From NCBI GenBank assembly GCA_903848235.1, contig CAINFV010000089.1, positions 1 through 45,711 on the forward strand: DNA of 45,711 nt, given 5' to 3'. Under the pieces are notes generated by a model that made no database searches, was not told the DNA's origin, and was given only the letters and a program-made list of their open reading frames with translations. Numbering within the stretch: the first letter of the stretch is position 1; each line of letters starts with the position of its first letter. Position numbers and translations under genes: made by a program. Source of the stretch: Chlamydiia bacterium (GTDB lineage Bacteria > Chlamydiota > Chlamydiia > Chlamydiales > FEN-1388). Positions 1 to 9,856 of the stretch are shown piece by piece.

Positions 1-132
1 CAGGCAGACACACTCATTATTCGTCTGACAGATGGCGCCAAAATGGAAGTCTTAAAATTAGCCATTCAGGATATTCAGCCATCGACAGAAGCTGCGGAAA
101 AGAGTGAAGCATCAACGTCTTCGCAAGGGTAG
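1..132 (+). CDS. yajC: Preprotein translocase subunit YajC, 3' end (partial at window edge)
   Basis: Frame 1 reads QADTLIIRLTDGAKMEVLKLAIQDIQP...SQG*, matching the YajC C-terminal beta domain pattern; TAG at 130-132. Confidence 0.7.
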   Translation, partial: QADTLIIRLTDGAKMEVLKLAIQDIQPSTEAAEKSEASTSSQG

Positions 133-277
133 TCATCTCTAGGCGGAGTTTACTAGTTTTGCAGCCCCGATGTAACGGCTAGTGACCGATTTAGACAAGA
201 TGCCAGCCACGACTAAGTTTGAGGCCTGGCCAACTGGGGGGGCATTTTGTCCAAACTCCAGAGTAACGAGAGTGTGT

Positions 278-1213
278 ATGGAAAAGATGTCGAGGTTGGT
301 CAAGGCCTTTTGGGTTTTCAGCATCTTTTTTTGTATCTGCTCTTCTCTTGTAGCTGATGAGCCTGCCGCTGCCAATAATGGGACTCCAAAGAAGTATACT
401 CTGTCGATTGCGACCATCTTCAAAGATGAGGCGCCATAATTTAAGGAATGGATTGAGTACCATCGCTTGGTTGGCGTTGACCATTTTTATCTCTACAACA
501 ATGGGAGTGCTGATCATTTCAAAGAGGTGCTGCAGCCCTATGTAAATGATGGGATTGTTACATTGATTGAATGGCCTGACGTGGATCGCGAACACTGGGA
601 AAACATTGAATACGCATGGGTGTTTCACACTCAGGGACCCGCCATGGAGCATGCGTGCCGAATCGCAGCACGAGATGAGACCACGTGGTTGGCGATGATT
701 GATATTGATGAGTTCCTCGTCCCTAAAAATCAGACGAAAATTACAGAAGTCTTGCAGAAGCATAGCGATGCTCCTGGCGTCAGGGTCTGTTGGCAGATAT
801 ACGGTACCTCAGGGATACGCAAACTGCCCGAGAATGTTCTTCTTATTGAGGCATTGAACATGACAGCAGAGCCCAACCACCATCTCAATGCCATTGAGAA
901 ATCTATCGTAAAACCTGAGCTGTTTTTGTCATTTATCAAGCCTCCGCATACATGTCAGTTTCCAGATGGCGGTAGAGGGGTGTATTTGGAGAAAGGCGAG
1001 ATCCAAATCAACCACTATATCAACCGTACCATTGACTATTTCACCGAAATGAAGGTGAAGAAAAAAGAGGCTATGGACAACGTAAAGATTTCTCCTTGTT
1101 ATCTCGAATGGTGGTCGATGGTCGGAAACGATGTCCAGGATCAAGAACGGTCAATTCATCGATTTATCCCACAGCTGCGTCAGAAGCTTGGCTTTGATCC
1201 TCCGCAGGCATAG
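278..1213 (+). pseudogene. Glycosyltransferase family 92 (DUF23)/GT-A protein with signal peptide, interrupted by one in-frame TAA (437-439)
   Basis: ORFs 182-439 and 467-1213 share a frame; joined they read LSIATIFKDEAP*FKEWIEYHRLVGVDHFYLYNNGS...DIDEF...INHY, the GT92 signature; hydrophobic N-terminus from ATG 278. Confidence 0.8.
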
Positions 1214-1252
1214 GGATAGTCGCCATCACGCACAATCCCTTATGGGTAGGGA

Positions 1253-2119
1253 TCAGGCACTATTCACCTGTGCGACGGGAAACAGCTGATCAAGAGGCTT
1301 ATAAGGTTTCAAAGACCGGAGGTAGCGATCAGTGATCATTTGTAGTTGCCGTCGATTCGAGTCTGACAGCGGGTTCGAACGGTTGTAAATATAAAGGATG
1401 CGGTCGATATAACGAACGTGATCAGGGGATGCCATCTCAATCATTGGCAGAAAGATGGCTACATCATAAGCAATGTCAAGGAATTTCCCGCGAATCATCA
1501 CATCATCTTTGTTAATTTTGTCAAATAGCGCTGCATAGAAGGTTCTGAGCGCTGATGTCTCCCATTTCTGATAGGATCGTACGCTTGCATTCTCCAGAAC
1601 CTCTTTCGGAAGAGGCTTGCAGACCCCCCGATCACCGCCTGGATCATTTAGGTACGAGCCGTATGTCAACCATACCTTCGGGTCCTTATAGACATCGGCA
1701 AGAGTCTGAAATACTCCATCGTCCGACAGCCAATCATCACCATCTACAATTACCACAATCTTGTCAGGGTCAGCATTGTGGATGGCATTGTATAAATTCG
1801 CCATCGCCCCACAACGGCTGCCGTTGTGGACAATGGTGCATTTCTCACTCATCCCACGGCTCTTGACATACTGCTTGACGAGGGCTCCAGTGTCATCCGT
1901 GGAACAATCATCAACGTAGTATATTTTCCAATTCTGGTAGGTCTGTGAAAAGACAGACTCGAGGTTCTTCTCGTACCATTTGCAGTTATTGTAGGAGGGG
2001 ATAACAACGAAAAATTCTGGGGGAAGGGGGGGCTTTTGTTCGGCACCCAAGCACAAAGGGACGATAAAGAAAAAAAACAACAGTATTTGCCGCATAGACA
2101 ATCCAAGTATATCGTTCAT
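1253..2119 (-). CDS. Glycosyltransferase family 2 with N-terminal signal peptide
   Basis: VVIPSYN, YVDDCSTD, VDGDDWL motifs; GAGGA upstream of ATG 2119; hydrophobic leader ILLFFFFIVPLCLGA. Confidence 0.9.
   Translation of the reverse strand: MNDILGLSMRQILLFFFFIVPLCLGAEQKPPLPPEFFVVIPSYNNCKWYEKNLESVFSQTYQNWKIYYVDDCSTDDTGALVKQYVKSRGMSEKCTIVHNGSRCGAMANLYNAIHNADPDKIVVIVDGDDWLSDDGVFQTLADVYKDPKVWLTYGSYLNDPGGDRGVCKPLPKEVLENASVRSYQKWETSALRTFYAALFDKINKDDVMIRGKFLDIAYDVAIFLPMIEMASPDHVRYIDRILYIYNRSNPLSDSNRRQLQMITDRYLRSLKPYKPLDQLFPVAQVNSA
1791..2017. repeat. Near-identical block shared by the two tandem GT2 genes (copy 1)
   Basis: Matches 2745-2971 at offset 954, including long perfectly identical runs. 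Confidence 0.9.
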
Positions 2120-2149
2120 CAAACAATCCTCGACGATTCTCCCATTTAA

Positions 2150-3067
2150 TTAGCCTGGGAGATAGGTAATAACGTGGTTTTTCAGGTCCTTAGGTTCCGA
2201 GTCCTCGGCATCGCTATTTTTCTCAGTCGCAAATAGATCGACGATGGGATCGTATGGCGGTAATCCTCGAATATATTTTTCAACTTCAATTTCTTGCTCC
2301 CTGCGGTTTCTAAACTCATTCAGAGGATTGGAGACGTTATAGATATACAGTATTTTCTCGATGAAATGAGTATGTCCTAAAGATGCCATCTCGAGGATTG
2401 GAAACATAAATCCTTGATCAGAGGAAACAGGAAAAAACTCCCCTTTGTATAAGAGGTCTTCTTTTTTGATTGATAAGAAGAGCTTCGCATAAAACGTTCT
2501 CAAGGCGGAGGTGACCCAATGATACTGCCGATACAATCGTCCTTTTTCAATTTCTTTCGGAAGGAGAGCACATGTACCGCCGCGTCGTCCATCTGGCCAC
2601 CACTGATGAGAGCCGTAGGTTAGCCAAATGTTAGGATCTGCATACGCCTGAACTAGGGTTGCAAGGACAGTCTCGTCTGCGAGCCAGTCATCGCCATCAA
2701 GATCGACAACAACAGACGTAGGGGCGGCCTGATGGATGGCATAGTATAAATTTGCCATCGCTCCACGCCGTTCACTATTATGGACAATGGTGCATTTCTC
2801 ACTCATTCCATGGCTCTTGACATAGTGCTCGACGAGAGTTCCAGTGCCATCCGTGGAACAATCATCAACGTAGTATATTTTCCAATTCTGGTAGGTCTGT
2901 GAAAAGACAGACTCGAGGTTCTTCTCATACCATTTGCAGTTATTGTAGGAGGGGATAACAACGAAAAATTCAGGAGGCTTTCGCGGAGCATCTGCAGAGA
3001 GCAAAAAAGAGGACATACAGAGCCACAGAGCTAGAGAACCTCTGAAAATCCGTAGAAACCACGTCAT
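2150..3067 (-). CDS. Glycosyltransferase family 2 with N-terminal signal peptide (paralog of 1253-2119)
   Basis: VVIPSYN, YVDDCSTD, LDGDDWL motifs; leader ending LLSA. Confidence 0.9.
   Translation of the reverse strand: MTWFLRIFRGSLALWLCMSSFLLSADAPRKPPEFFVVIPSYNNCKWYEKNLESVFSQTYQNWKIYYVDDCSTDGTGTLVEHYVKSHGMSEKCTIVHNSERRGAMANLYYAIHQAAPTSVVVDLDGDDWLADETVLATLVQAYADPNIWLTYGSHQWWPDGRRGGTCALLPKEIEKGRLYRQYHWVTSALRTFYAKLFLSIKKEDLLYKGEFFPVSSDQGFMFPILEMASLGHTHFIEKILYIYNVSNPLNEFRNRREQEIEVEKYIRGLPPYDPIVDLFATEKNSDAEDSEPKDLKNHVITYLPG
2745..2971. repeat. Near-identical block shared by the two tandem GT2 genes (copy 2)
   Basis: Matches 1791-2017. Confidence 0.9.
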
Positions 3068-3240
3068 GAAAACACATCCTTATGCTAGGTGATGGATACT
3101 ATTGCACGAATAGTAGTAGAGGAAACAGGAGGCTTTCGTCAACATGTTTTTTGCTTGACGCGAAGGATCTCCAAAAATAAGAATGCATTGCCCCAAAAGC
3201 CCCTATTCATGGGGAAAATGCGGGCGTGCAGAAATACCGA

Positions 3241-3262
3241 TTCTTGAACAAGAAGAGGTATA
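3241..3262 (+). promoter_or_regulatory. 22-bp recurrent motif TTCTTGAACAAGAAGAGGTATA (copy 1), putative operator/promoter element
   Basis: Recurs with one mismatch each at 8541-8562 (-) and 31349-31370 (-); core TTCTTG-NN-CAAGAA is palindromic. Confidence 0.6.
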
Positions 3263-3275
3263 TCTTGGAGGCTTT

Positions 3276-4457
3276 GTGTACAGACTCAGTTCTATCAAAA
3301 AATGGTCGTTCGTCATCCTGTTTTTCACAGGTTTTTTTCTATCGATGGAGATGCTCAGATGCTCGGAGCATATCGGAGTAGCAGCAATATCAGCAGGCAT
3401 AGACGAACAGCCTCTTGAAAAGGGGGTGAAAAAGGACATCCATTTTTCGTCGATACGCGAACTGAGCGGTATCCCTTTTGCCAGCAAGGACGGGATCGTA
3501 TTAAATTATAAGCGCTTGAAAATCTCGGATGTCGATCAAGCGTACAACCCATCGATCGTGGCGATGCCAAATGGATATCTTCTTGCCTTTCGGAATGATA
3601 GGGGCATTGGGTTGGAGAGAAAGTCGTGTCTCTCGGCAGCACGATTAGACTCTCGTTTTCGGCAGTATGGAAAAACAGTTTTTTTCCATACAGACAACCC
3701 TATTTCAGAAGATCCTCGCTGTTTGTCTGTCAACGGGCAGCTCTTCTTGCTGTATTGCCATGTCTTCGCCTGGTACCCATATACAACGAGTATGGCGATG
3801 GTACAAGTAGATCCGGAGAAGCTGACCCTCTCTGGGGATGTGGATCTTCGATATCGAGAGCAGAAAATCGAAAAGAACTGGGTTCCCTTTGTCTACTCCG
3901 ATCAGTCAGGATCGGATGTCTATTTTGTATATTCTGCGAATCCTTTTAAAATCCTCCGGCTTTCCAGGAGAGGGGATGGGGGAATCGAGGAGCCGTTCCC
4001 TCAATCAGAAAAAAGAGATTTTCTGTGGGAATCCCGATGGGGAAAAATTTGCGGGGGAACGCCAGCGGTTGAGGTGAATGGCGAATATTTGACCTTTTTC
4101 CATAGTTCCTTTTGGTCACATGGAGTTCGATGGTATGTTATGGGAGTTTATACTTTTGATAATAAGCCGCCTTTTGAGATTAAACGAATATCTAGATATC
4201 CGATTCTATTCAAGAAGATGTATAATACACCTATTCATCCAGATGTATGGTTTCGCCCCCGGAAGGAATTTCGTGTTGTCTTCCCTGGTGGTTTTATAGA
4301 GGCAAAGAACAACGGGAAGGACGTTCTGCATCTGGTTTATGGGGAAAATGATAGCGGACTGTGCGTGCTGACCCTGGATAAGGATCGATTGTTGAATAGT
4401 CTCCAGAATATAGAGGCAGGGATTACTACGTGTCGGCTAGGTGTGTGTCCTGAGTGA
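3276..4457 (+). CDS. Five-bladed beta-propeller glycan-active protein (GH130-like / beta-mannosyltransferase-like) with N-terminal hydrophobic segment
   Basis: YNPSI, EDPR, EKNWVPF, GGTPA, VVFPGG, YGEND motifs; GGAGG before GTG 3276. Confidence 0.65.
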   Translation: MYRLSSIKKWSFVILFFTGFFLSMEMLRCSEHIGVAAISAGIDEQPLEKGVKKDIHFSSIRELSGIPFASKDGIVLNYKRLKISDVDQAYNPSIVAMPNGYLLAFRNDRGIGLERKSCLSAARLDSRFRQYGKTVFFHTDNPISEDPRCLSVNGQLFLLYCHVFAWYPYTTSMAMVQVDPEKLTLSGDVDLRYREQKIEKNWVPFVYSDQSGSDVYFVYSANPFKILRLSRRGDGGIEEPFPQSEKRDFLWESRWGKICGGTPAVEVNGEYLTFFHSSFWSHGVRWYVMGVYTFDNKPPFEIKRISRYPILFKKMYNTPIHPDVWFRPRKEFRVVFPGGFIEAKNNGKDVLHLVYGENDSGLCVLTLDKDRLLNSLQNIEAGITTCRLGVCPE

Positions 4458-4483
4458 AATTGAGCGTTGAGGATTTTTTGAAT

Positions 4484-5458
4484 ATGCCTAGAAAGTTGTC
4501 AGGCCTTTTTCTCATCGTCTGTACGCTAGTAGCGATGTATGCTCATGAAGAGCTGAACGGCGGTCAGCGAGGCCCTTTGTCATTCAATGAGCTGATGATG
4601 CAGCCGCACGAGCCCCTTTCATCAACAGATGCTGAGGAATTGAAGGGGATAGAGAGAGATTACAACAGAGATATAGACTATCTCTGTGCCACCTCGATTC
4701 ACACCGTTCCAAAGATCATCCATTTTATCTGGATCGGCCCTCGCGCGTTTCCGAAAAACTCTATTGACAATCTCAAATCCTGGAAACAGTATCATCCTCA
4801 TTGGAAATTCTATTTTTGGACTGATTCAAAAGACCGCCCGCTTCCCATGTCTGGTATGGAAAGAAGGCTTATCCAGGAATATGACTTCGGCCCTGTGGCT
4901 AGGATGATGGAGTCATCAGATAACTGGGGGGAGAAAGCGGATCTTATCAGATATACGATTCTCTATAATGAGGGCGGCATTTATTCCGACCATGATGTAG
5001 AAGCCCTTCGCTCTCTAGCTCCGATAGCCAAAAGCTACGATTTTGTCGTAGGTCTTGAATGGTATAACTACCATCTTGGGATGGATAGCTGCGTGAGCCC
5101 ATGCAATGCCATCATTATTTCTCGTCCGAACCACCCTATCATGAAAGAGACGATCGCTCGAATTGCTCAAACGTGGGATGAAGTAGGCCGTAGATTTCCA
5201 GGCAAAGACCCTTCAAGTGTTCTCCAACGGGTGATAGGACGCACGTTTGACAGTATGGCGGTCTCTGTGAAGAAGTTTCGAAATCGCCCAGGCTACCGCG
5301 ATATCATTCTCCCAAACAGCTACTTCTACCCATTTCCAGCTTTTGACAAACCAACGACAGAGACGCTGCGAAAGGCAGGATATGTCTTTGCCATTCACAA
5401 GTTCGGGGGGACATGGAAGGAGTGGAATGGAGAGGTTTCGGTTGTCACTATGGAGTAA
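4484..5458 (+). CDS. Glycosyltransferase family 32 (DXD sugar-binding, Och1-like) with signal peptide
   Basis: VPKIIHFIWIG, KADLIRYTILYNEGGIYSDHDVE; likely start ATG 4484. Confidence 0.85.
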   Translation: MPRKLSGLFLIVCTLVAMYAHEELNGGQRGPLSFNELMMQPHEPLSSTDAEELKGIERDYNRDIDYLCATSIHTVPKIIHFIWIGPRAFPKNSIDNLKSWKQYHPHWKFYFWTDSKDRPLPMSGMERRLIQEYDFGPVARMMESSDNWGEKADLIRYTILYNEGGIYSDHDVEALRSLAPIAKSYDFVVGLEWYNYHLGMDSCVSPCNAIIISRPNHPIMKETIARIAQTWDEVGRRFPGKDPSSVLQRVIGRTFDSMAVSVKKFRNRPGYRDIILPNSYFYPFPAFDKPTTETLRKAGYVFAIHKFGGTWKEWNGEVSVVTME

Positions 5459-5525
5459 TGCGAAAATAGGGTAGGCGAAGAGCTGTCTTCTTCTTCCTAC
5501 CCAGACAATTGTGAGTGGCGTTTTT

Positions 5526-6482
5526 CTATCGCCAAGCACCGTCACACCCATGGACTGAATAGATATACCCAGCCTTTTCAAGCTTTTTGACAAATTCCTT
5601 TTCAAAGGCAAGGTTTGGATAGAAATAGGCAACAGGCAAGATGATATCGCGATTCTCGCCGGTGTTGTAGAGCAGCATCGATGCCTTGGCAAAGCTGTCA
5701 AAGGTGCGATAGATCACACGTTTCCAGGCTTGATGAGGAGGGTAGTCTGGCACTGTATCCCAGCGCTCTTTAGCCAGTAACCAGCTTTTCTGCATGATGG
5801 GGTGGCGCGGTTTGCAGAGGAACAGTCCGATGGCAGGAGTGATATACGTGTCGATGCCATCGTGGTATTGCATCCGCTCACAGGCGGCAACATAGTCAAA
5901 GTGGTCGGCAAACGATTCAAATGATCGAAGGCACGTAGCGTCGTGGTCGAAATAGAGCCCGCCCTCTTTGTACATAATGACAAAGCGTAATAAATCGGAT
6001 TTCTCTCCGTAATTGGTAGACCTCGTATACAGGTCGAAAATAGGAAGAAAATAGTCTTTTGTTACCAGGCGCTGTACCATTCCAGGAATTGGCGGTTGCC
6101 GATCTGGTGAGTCAGTCCAAAAATTCATGATCCAGTCTGGATGATACTTTCGGAATGAGCGCACGTTCTCTATTGATTCCTCTGGAAACAAACGAGGACC
6201 TATCCAAATCAGATGCATTTGATGGGGAATATGATAGAGGGGGTCTTTCTTGAGAAACGGGATGTTCTTGGTGTAAGCATCGCCTAGCACCCGTAGATCA
6301 TCGCGATCAGCCGGGCGAAGATGGCGGGGCCGCGATATTGCCTGCTTGCAATCTCCCATTAACTTTTCGAAAAGCGATTTTGTTTGTTTGACATGCTGTT
6401 CTGCACTGCCCAGTGGAGCCAACAGAATGAAACAACAACTGAGCACAGAGAGAGCGAAAACTCTAGGCCACTTCATGATCAT
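5526..6482 (-). CDS. Glycosyltransferase family 32 with signal peptide
   Basis: IPHQMHLIWIG, KSDLLRFVIMYKEGGLYFDHD; leader ending LGSA. Confidence 0.85.
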   Translation of the reverse strand: MIMKWPRVFALSVLSCCFILLAPLGSAEQHVKQTKSLFEKLMGDCKQAISRPRHLRPADRDDLRVLGDAYTKNIPFLKKDPLYHIPHQMHLIWIGPRLFPEESIENVRSFRKYHPDWIMNFWTDSPDRQPPIPGMVQRLVTKDYFLPIFDLYTRSTNYGEKSDLLRFVIMYKEGGLYFDHDATCLRSFESFADHFDYVAACERMQYHDGIDTYITPAIGLFLCKPRHPIMQKSWLLAKERWDTVPDYPPHQAWKRVIYRTFDSFAKASMLLYNTGENRDIILPVAYFYPNLAFEKEFVKKLEKAGYIYSVHGCDGAWR

Positions 6483-6499
6483 ATCTCCAATTTAAAATA

Positions 6500-7384
6500 T
6501 CAATTGACATTCCAGCTTGATTTCCAATAGTGGATAGCAAACGCCCCGGGATAGGCGAATTCATTTTTTATATCGTCGGTGTTTGAATACAAAGCATGGA
6601 AGGTTTCTGGAAAGGGGTAGAAGAAAAACGTTGGAAATGCAACGACAACACCATGTCTCTTTTTCAATGTAGTGTCCGCTAAAGATCTCATGAAGCATTT
6701 TGTCAAGAAATAGGGGCCTGTGGCATTCACAATTCTCCATCGAGATTGGTCGCCGTTCCCCACTTTGATCGAATTGACGCAGCGCTTCATAATTGGGTGG
6801 TGGGGACGGCATCCGATAAGTCCGTTATACACCATCGGCCAGCGCCCGTAGGCAATACCTGTATAAAAATCACAGGTGGCATGCAGCTCATCAAAACGAC
6901 GAAGGCATTCGAAATCTGCAGCATCGGCATAGAGCCCTCCATACCTATAGAGGATCTCATAGCGAAAGATATCGGACTTCTCACCCCAGTTGTTGGACTT
7001 CTCATATGCAGCACGGTTTTTGAGGCCAAACGATGGTAGATCTGCATCTGTCCAGAGCTTGACTTCCCAATCAGGATGTGTTTTTTTCCAGCTCTCGACC
7101 ATCTTCCTACTGAAATCTGGGATCGGTGTCCCCAGCCAGATGAGATGGATTTTATGAGGAATTCTCGGAATGGCGTCTTTGAGGAGGAGGTCTTTTTGGT
7201 TTTCGTAGTTCGTAAAAAGGCGTTCAAACAGCCGCCAGCCTTTTGAATGTCGTGCCGTTTGATGTTCAGGACTGTGGTCTTGTTTCATCAACTGCCAGAA
7301 GGGGCTCTCAGGGAAAGCCTCTCCAAGAAGAGAGAATGAACAGCAGAAGAAAAGGACTACACATTTCAGAACACTTTTTATCAT
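6500..7384 (-). CDS. Glycosyltransferase family 32 with signal peptide
   Basis: IPHKIHLIWLG, KSDIFRYEILYRYGGLYADAAD, TGP, AIHYWKSSW. Confidence 0.85.
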   Translation of the reverse strand: MIKSVLKCVVLFFCCSFSLLGEAFPESPFWQLMKQDHSPEHQTARHSKGWRLFERLFTNYENQKDLLLKDAIPRIPHKIHLIWLGTPIPDFSRKMVESWKKTHPDWEVKLWTDADLPSFGLKNRAAYEKSNNWGEKSDIFRYEILYRYGGLYADAADFECLRRFDELHATCDFYTGIAYGRWPMVYNGLIGCRPHHPIMKRCVNSIKVGNGDQSRWRIVNATGPYFLTKCFMRSLADTTLKKRHGVVVAFPTFFFYPFPETFHALYSNTDDIKNEFAYPGAFAIHYWKSSWNVN

Positions 7385-8292
7385 GCCGGCCCTTGCTTGC
7401 TCGTTCGTTTGAGATGATGCCTCTTAGCTCTATCTTCCTTGGGAAAAAGGGACTTGAGAGCTGGGTATGGGGGTTGTGCTCGCACCCATTCATTGGCCTC
7501 TCTTTGTTGATCAGAATGCACACGGCAATCACTTAATGGATTGACGCTATTCCATTTGTAGAGAATTCGCTTGATGTAGCGGACATGTCCTTGCGATGCC
7601 ATTTCTAGCATGGGAAATAAAATGATCAGGTCCCACCCGCCACCTTCCTTAAAGTCTTCTTTTTTAATATTTTGGAAAAGCTTGGCGTAGAAAGTCCTCA
7701 GATGGGAGGTTACAAACTTCGACTTTCGGAATAGGCGATGTTTCATGACGCTGGAAGGAATACGCGCGCCAATTCCCCGTCTTCCTGGAGGAGAGACGAT
7801 GTACGAGCCATAGGTCATCCAGGCATGGTGAGAGCGATATTCTTTCGCGACGATACGCAAGACGTCCTTATCAATGAACTCATCATCACCATCAAGTAGG
7901 ACAACGACTGTGTGTTCCGGGCATTCAGAGATAACATTGCGTAAATTCGCTAATGCTCCCCGGTTGACCGGGTTATTGATGAATCGGCATTTATGCAGCA
8001 TTCCTCGCTGCTCTGCATACCGTTGTGCGACCTCTCCAGTACCATCAGTGGAGCAGTCATTGACGTAGCAGATTGTGCAGGGATAGTTTTGGATGAAAAC
8101 GGACTCAAGATTTTTTTCGATCCAATTTTTACCAGCGCTATCGATTTTGTTGTTATTGAACGACGGAATGAGGACAAGAAACTCAATATCTAATTTAGGG
8201 GTGGGTTTTCCAGCGAAGAGAGGGGTTGTTCCTATGGCAAGAGCTAAGAACATGGCTACCCATCGTACTGTCTTCTGGCGTAGGTTCATCAT
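7381..8292 (-). CDS. Glycosyltransferase family 2 with signal peptide
   Basis: LIPSFN, VNDCSTD, LDGDDEF, SHLRTFYAKLF; stop overlaps start of the next gene. Confidence 0.9.
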   Translation of the reverse strand: MMNLRQKTVRWVAMFLALAIGTTPLFAGKPTPKLDIEFLVLIPSFNNNKIDSAGKNWIEKNLESVFIQNYPCTICYVNDCSTDGTGEVAQRYAEQRGMLHKCRFINNPVNRGALANLRNVISECPEHTVVVLLDGDDEFIDKDVLRIVAKEYRSHHAWMTYGSYIVSPPGRRGIGARIPSSVMKHRLFRKSKFVTSHLRTFYAKLFQNIKKEDFKEGGGWDLIILFPMLEMASQGHVRYIKRILYKWNSVNPLSDCRVHSDQQREANEWVRAQPPYPALKSLFPKEDRAKRHHLKRTSKQGPA

Positions 8293-8540
8293 AAATTTCT
8301 CCTCATCGTTTCAAATCATGGGATGGACAGGGGAAGGGGGTGGGAAAATTTTCAACATGCCTTCTCCATATGGCCACAGTGAGTGTACAAATGCCATTGT
8401 AGCCATGTCGGCTACGAAGACAGGGGAACATTTGACACATCTGTCTCTTTTCTATCAAATAGAAAAGTTCCAAATTTTGTCTGGGCGTGCCGAACCATTA
8501 AGTACAAAGGCTTTACAGAGGCTTTATGTAGAGCCGGTAC

Positions 8541-8562
8541 TATGCCTCTTCTTGTTCAAGAA
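8541..8562 (-). promoter_or_regulatory. 22-bp recurrent motif (copy 2, TTCTTGAACAAGAAGAGGCATA)
   Basis: 21/22 identical to 3241-3262; lies in the divergent intergenic region 8293-8609. Confidence 0.6.
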
Positions 8563-8609
8563 TGAAGTCGTTTCTACATTGAGAATGGTGTTTTCAAGAG
8601 GGGTGTTGT

Positions 8610-9479
8610 ATGTCGAGTCTTGTTGAAGAAAAAAGAGTTATATCCTCCGTTTCATTGCCAACTGAAGCGGTACTAGCTGATGTCAGCGCTGCTGTTCAGG
8701 CACAACCGCTGGCGCATGTCGCGACAGTTGCAGCATCTGTCATCGGGCAGGCGGGTGAGGAACACGAATCAGCGGGTAGTGCCGAGCTGCCAAAGGTAAC
8801 AAAAGATCTCGCTTCTGCAGCACAAGCCGTTGCTGAAAAGGTGATAGAAGCAAGCCTTGCAGTGGCAGAACCGGTGGTCGCTCTGAGAGAATCTATTGCC
8901 GAGAAGCTAAGTGGCTCCTCAGGGATTTCGAATTCATTTCACGTCCCGCCTACGGATGAAAAGAAACCTGAAGCAGCCGCAGCCCTTCAGCATATTGTTC
9001 AGTCGGGAGATACATCAGCAGCGCTTCCTGTTGCCGCTGAAAAGAAGCAGGAAGTGGCGGCTACAGCCCCTGCACATCGCGTTGAAACGGCAAAGGCCCT
9101 TCAAGAGATCTCCAGGGATGAAAAAATAAAAGCTTTCGTCGAACGCAAGAAGCAAGAGATCTTCGATCTGTTTGGGGAATGGAAGAAGGATTTTGAGCCC
9201 TCTCCAGCAGTATATCTTGCTTGGGTGCCAGGAATTGCTGGGATTGCCAAAGCAGACGCAGCGGAGATGATGGTTAAGTTTGAAACGAAGCTCCGTGAGC
9301 AAACGTCTGTGCTAGGAATCAAACAGGTATTAGAGAAAAACATGGAAATCATGGCGTCAAAAAAGTCTAAAGTTGATCAAAAGACTTCGGATAAGATTGA
9401 CGAGGCGATTGCTCTTTGTAGCAAGCAAATAGCCTCTCTGCCTCTAAAAAAATCTGCTCAAAAACCAGCGGCTAATTAA
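8610..9479 (+). CDS. Hypothetical protein, Ala/Ser-rich N-terminus plus one WKKDFEP domain; candidate T3SS effector
   Basis: 289-aa ORF with GAGGGG RBS and downstream terminator; C-terminal domain homologous to 10059-11012. Confidence 0.7.
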   Translation: MSSLVEEKRVISSVSLPTEAVLADVSAAVQAQPLAHVATVAASVIGQAGEEHESAGSAELPKVTKDLASAAQAVAEKVIEASLAVAEPVVALRESIAEKLSGSSGISNSFHVPPTDEKKPEAAAALQHIVQSGDTSAALPVAAEKKQEVAATAPAHRVETAKALQEISRDEKIKAFVERKKQEIFDLFGEWKKDFEPSPAVYLAWVPGIAGIAKADAAEMMVKFETKLREQTSVLGIKQVLEKNMEIMASKKSKVDQKTSDKIDEAIALCSKQIASLPLKKSAQKPAAN

Positions 9480-9489
9480 TCTGAAATGT

Positions 9490-9522
9490 TGGCCTTCACA
9501 ACCTGTTTGTGAAGGCCATTTT
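9490..9522 (+). terminator. Intrinsic terminator
   Basis: TGGCCTTCACAA / TTGTGAAGGCCA 12-bp stem followed by TTTT, just after stop 9479. Confidence 0.7.
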
Positions 9523-9856
9523 CTTACGTGTATACTCGGTATGTGACACGATGTGGAGAAAAAGGCTTCAAGCCAATTTTCTTTACAAAGACTTTACATG
9601 ACACAGGTACCATCCAGACGAAAAATGTACTGTCCGTTTTGAGATCCCTTCAGCATCTATTGGTGCTGGTAGGGGGTGGCAATTCTTTTGCACATTTGGT
9701 TCGGTCGCTTTCGTTCAAGGGTTTTTTTTTGACCCTCTTCAGTGAGCGAGTATGTGCCAAAAGTAGCGTACAGATTACGTGAGATATATCTCACTTCTCA
9801 AGCAGGCACACACCCCCAAGGCTGCTACTGATATGGTAGGCGCAACTTGGGGTTAG

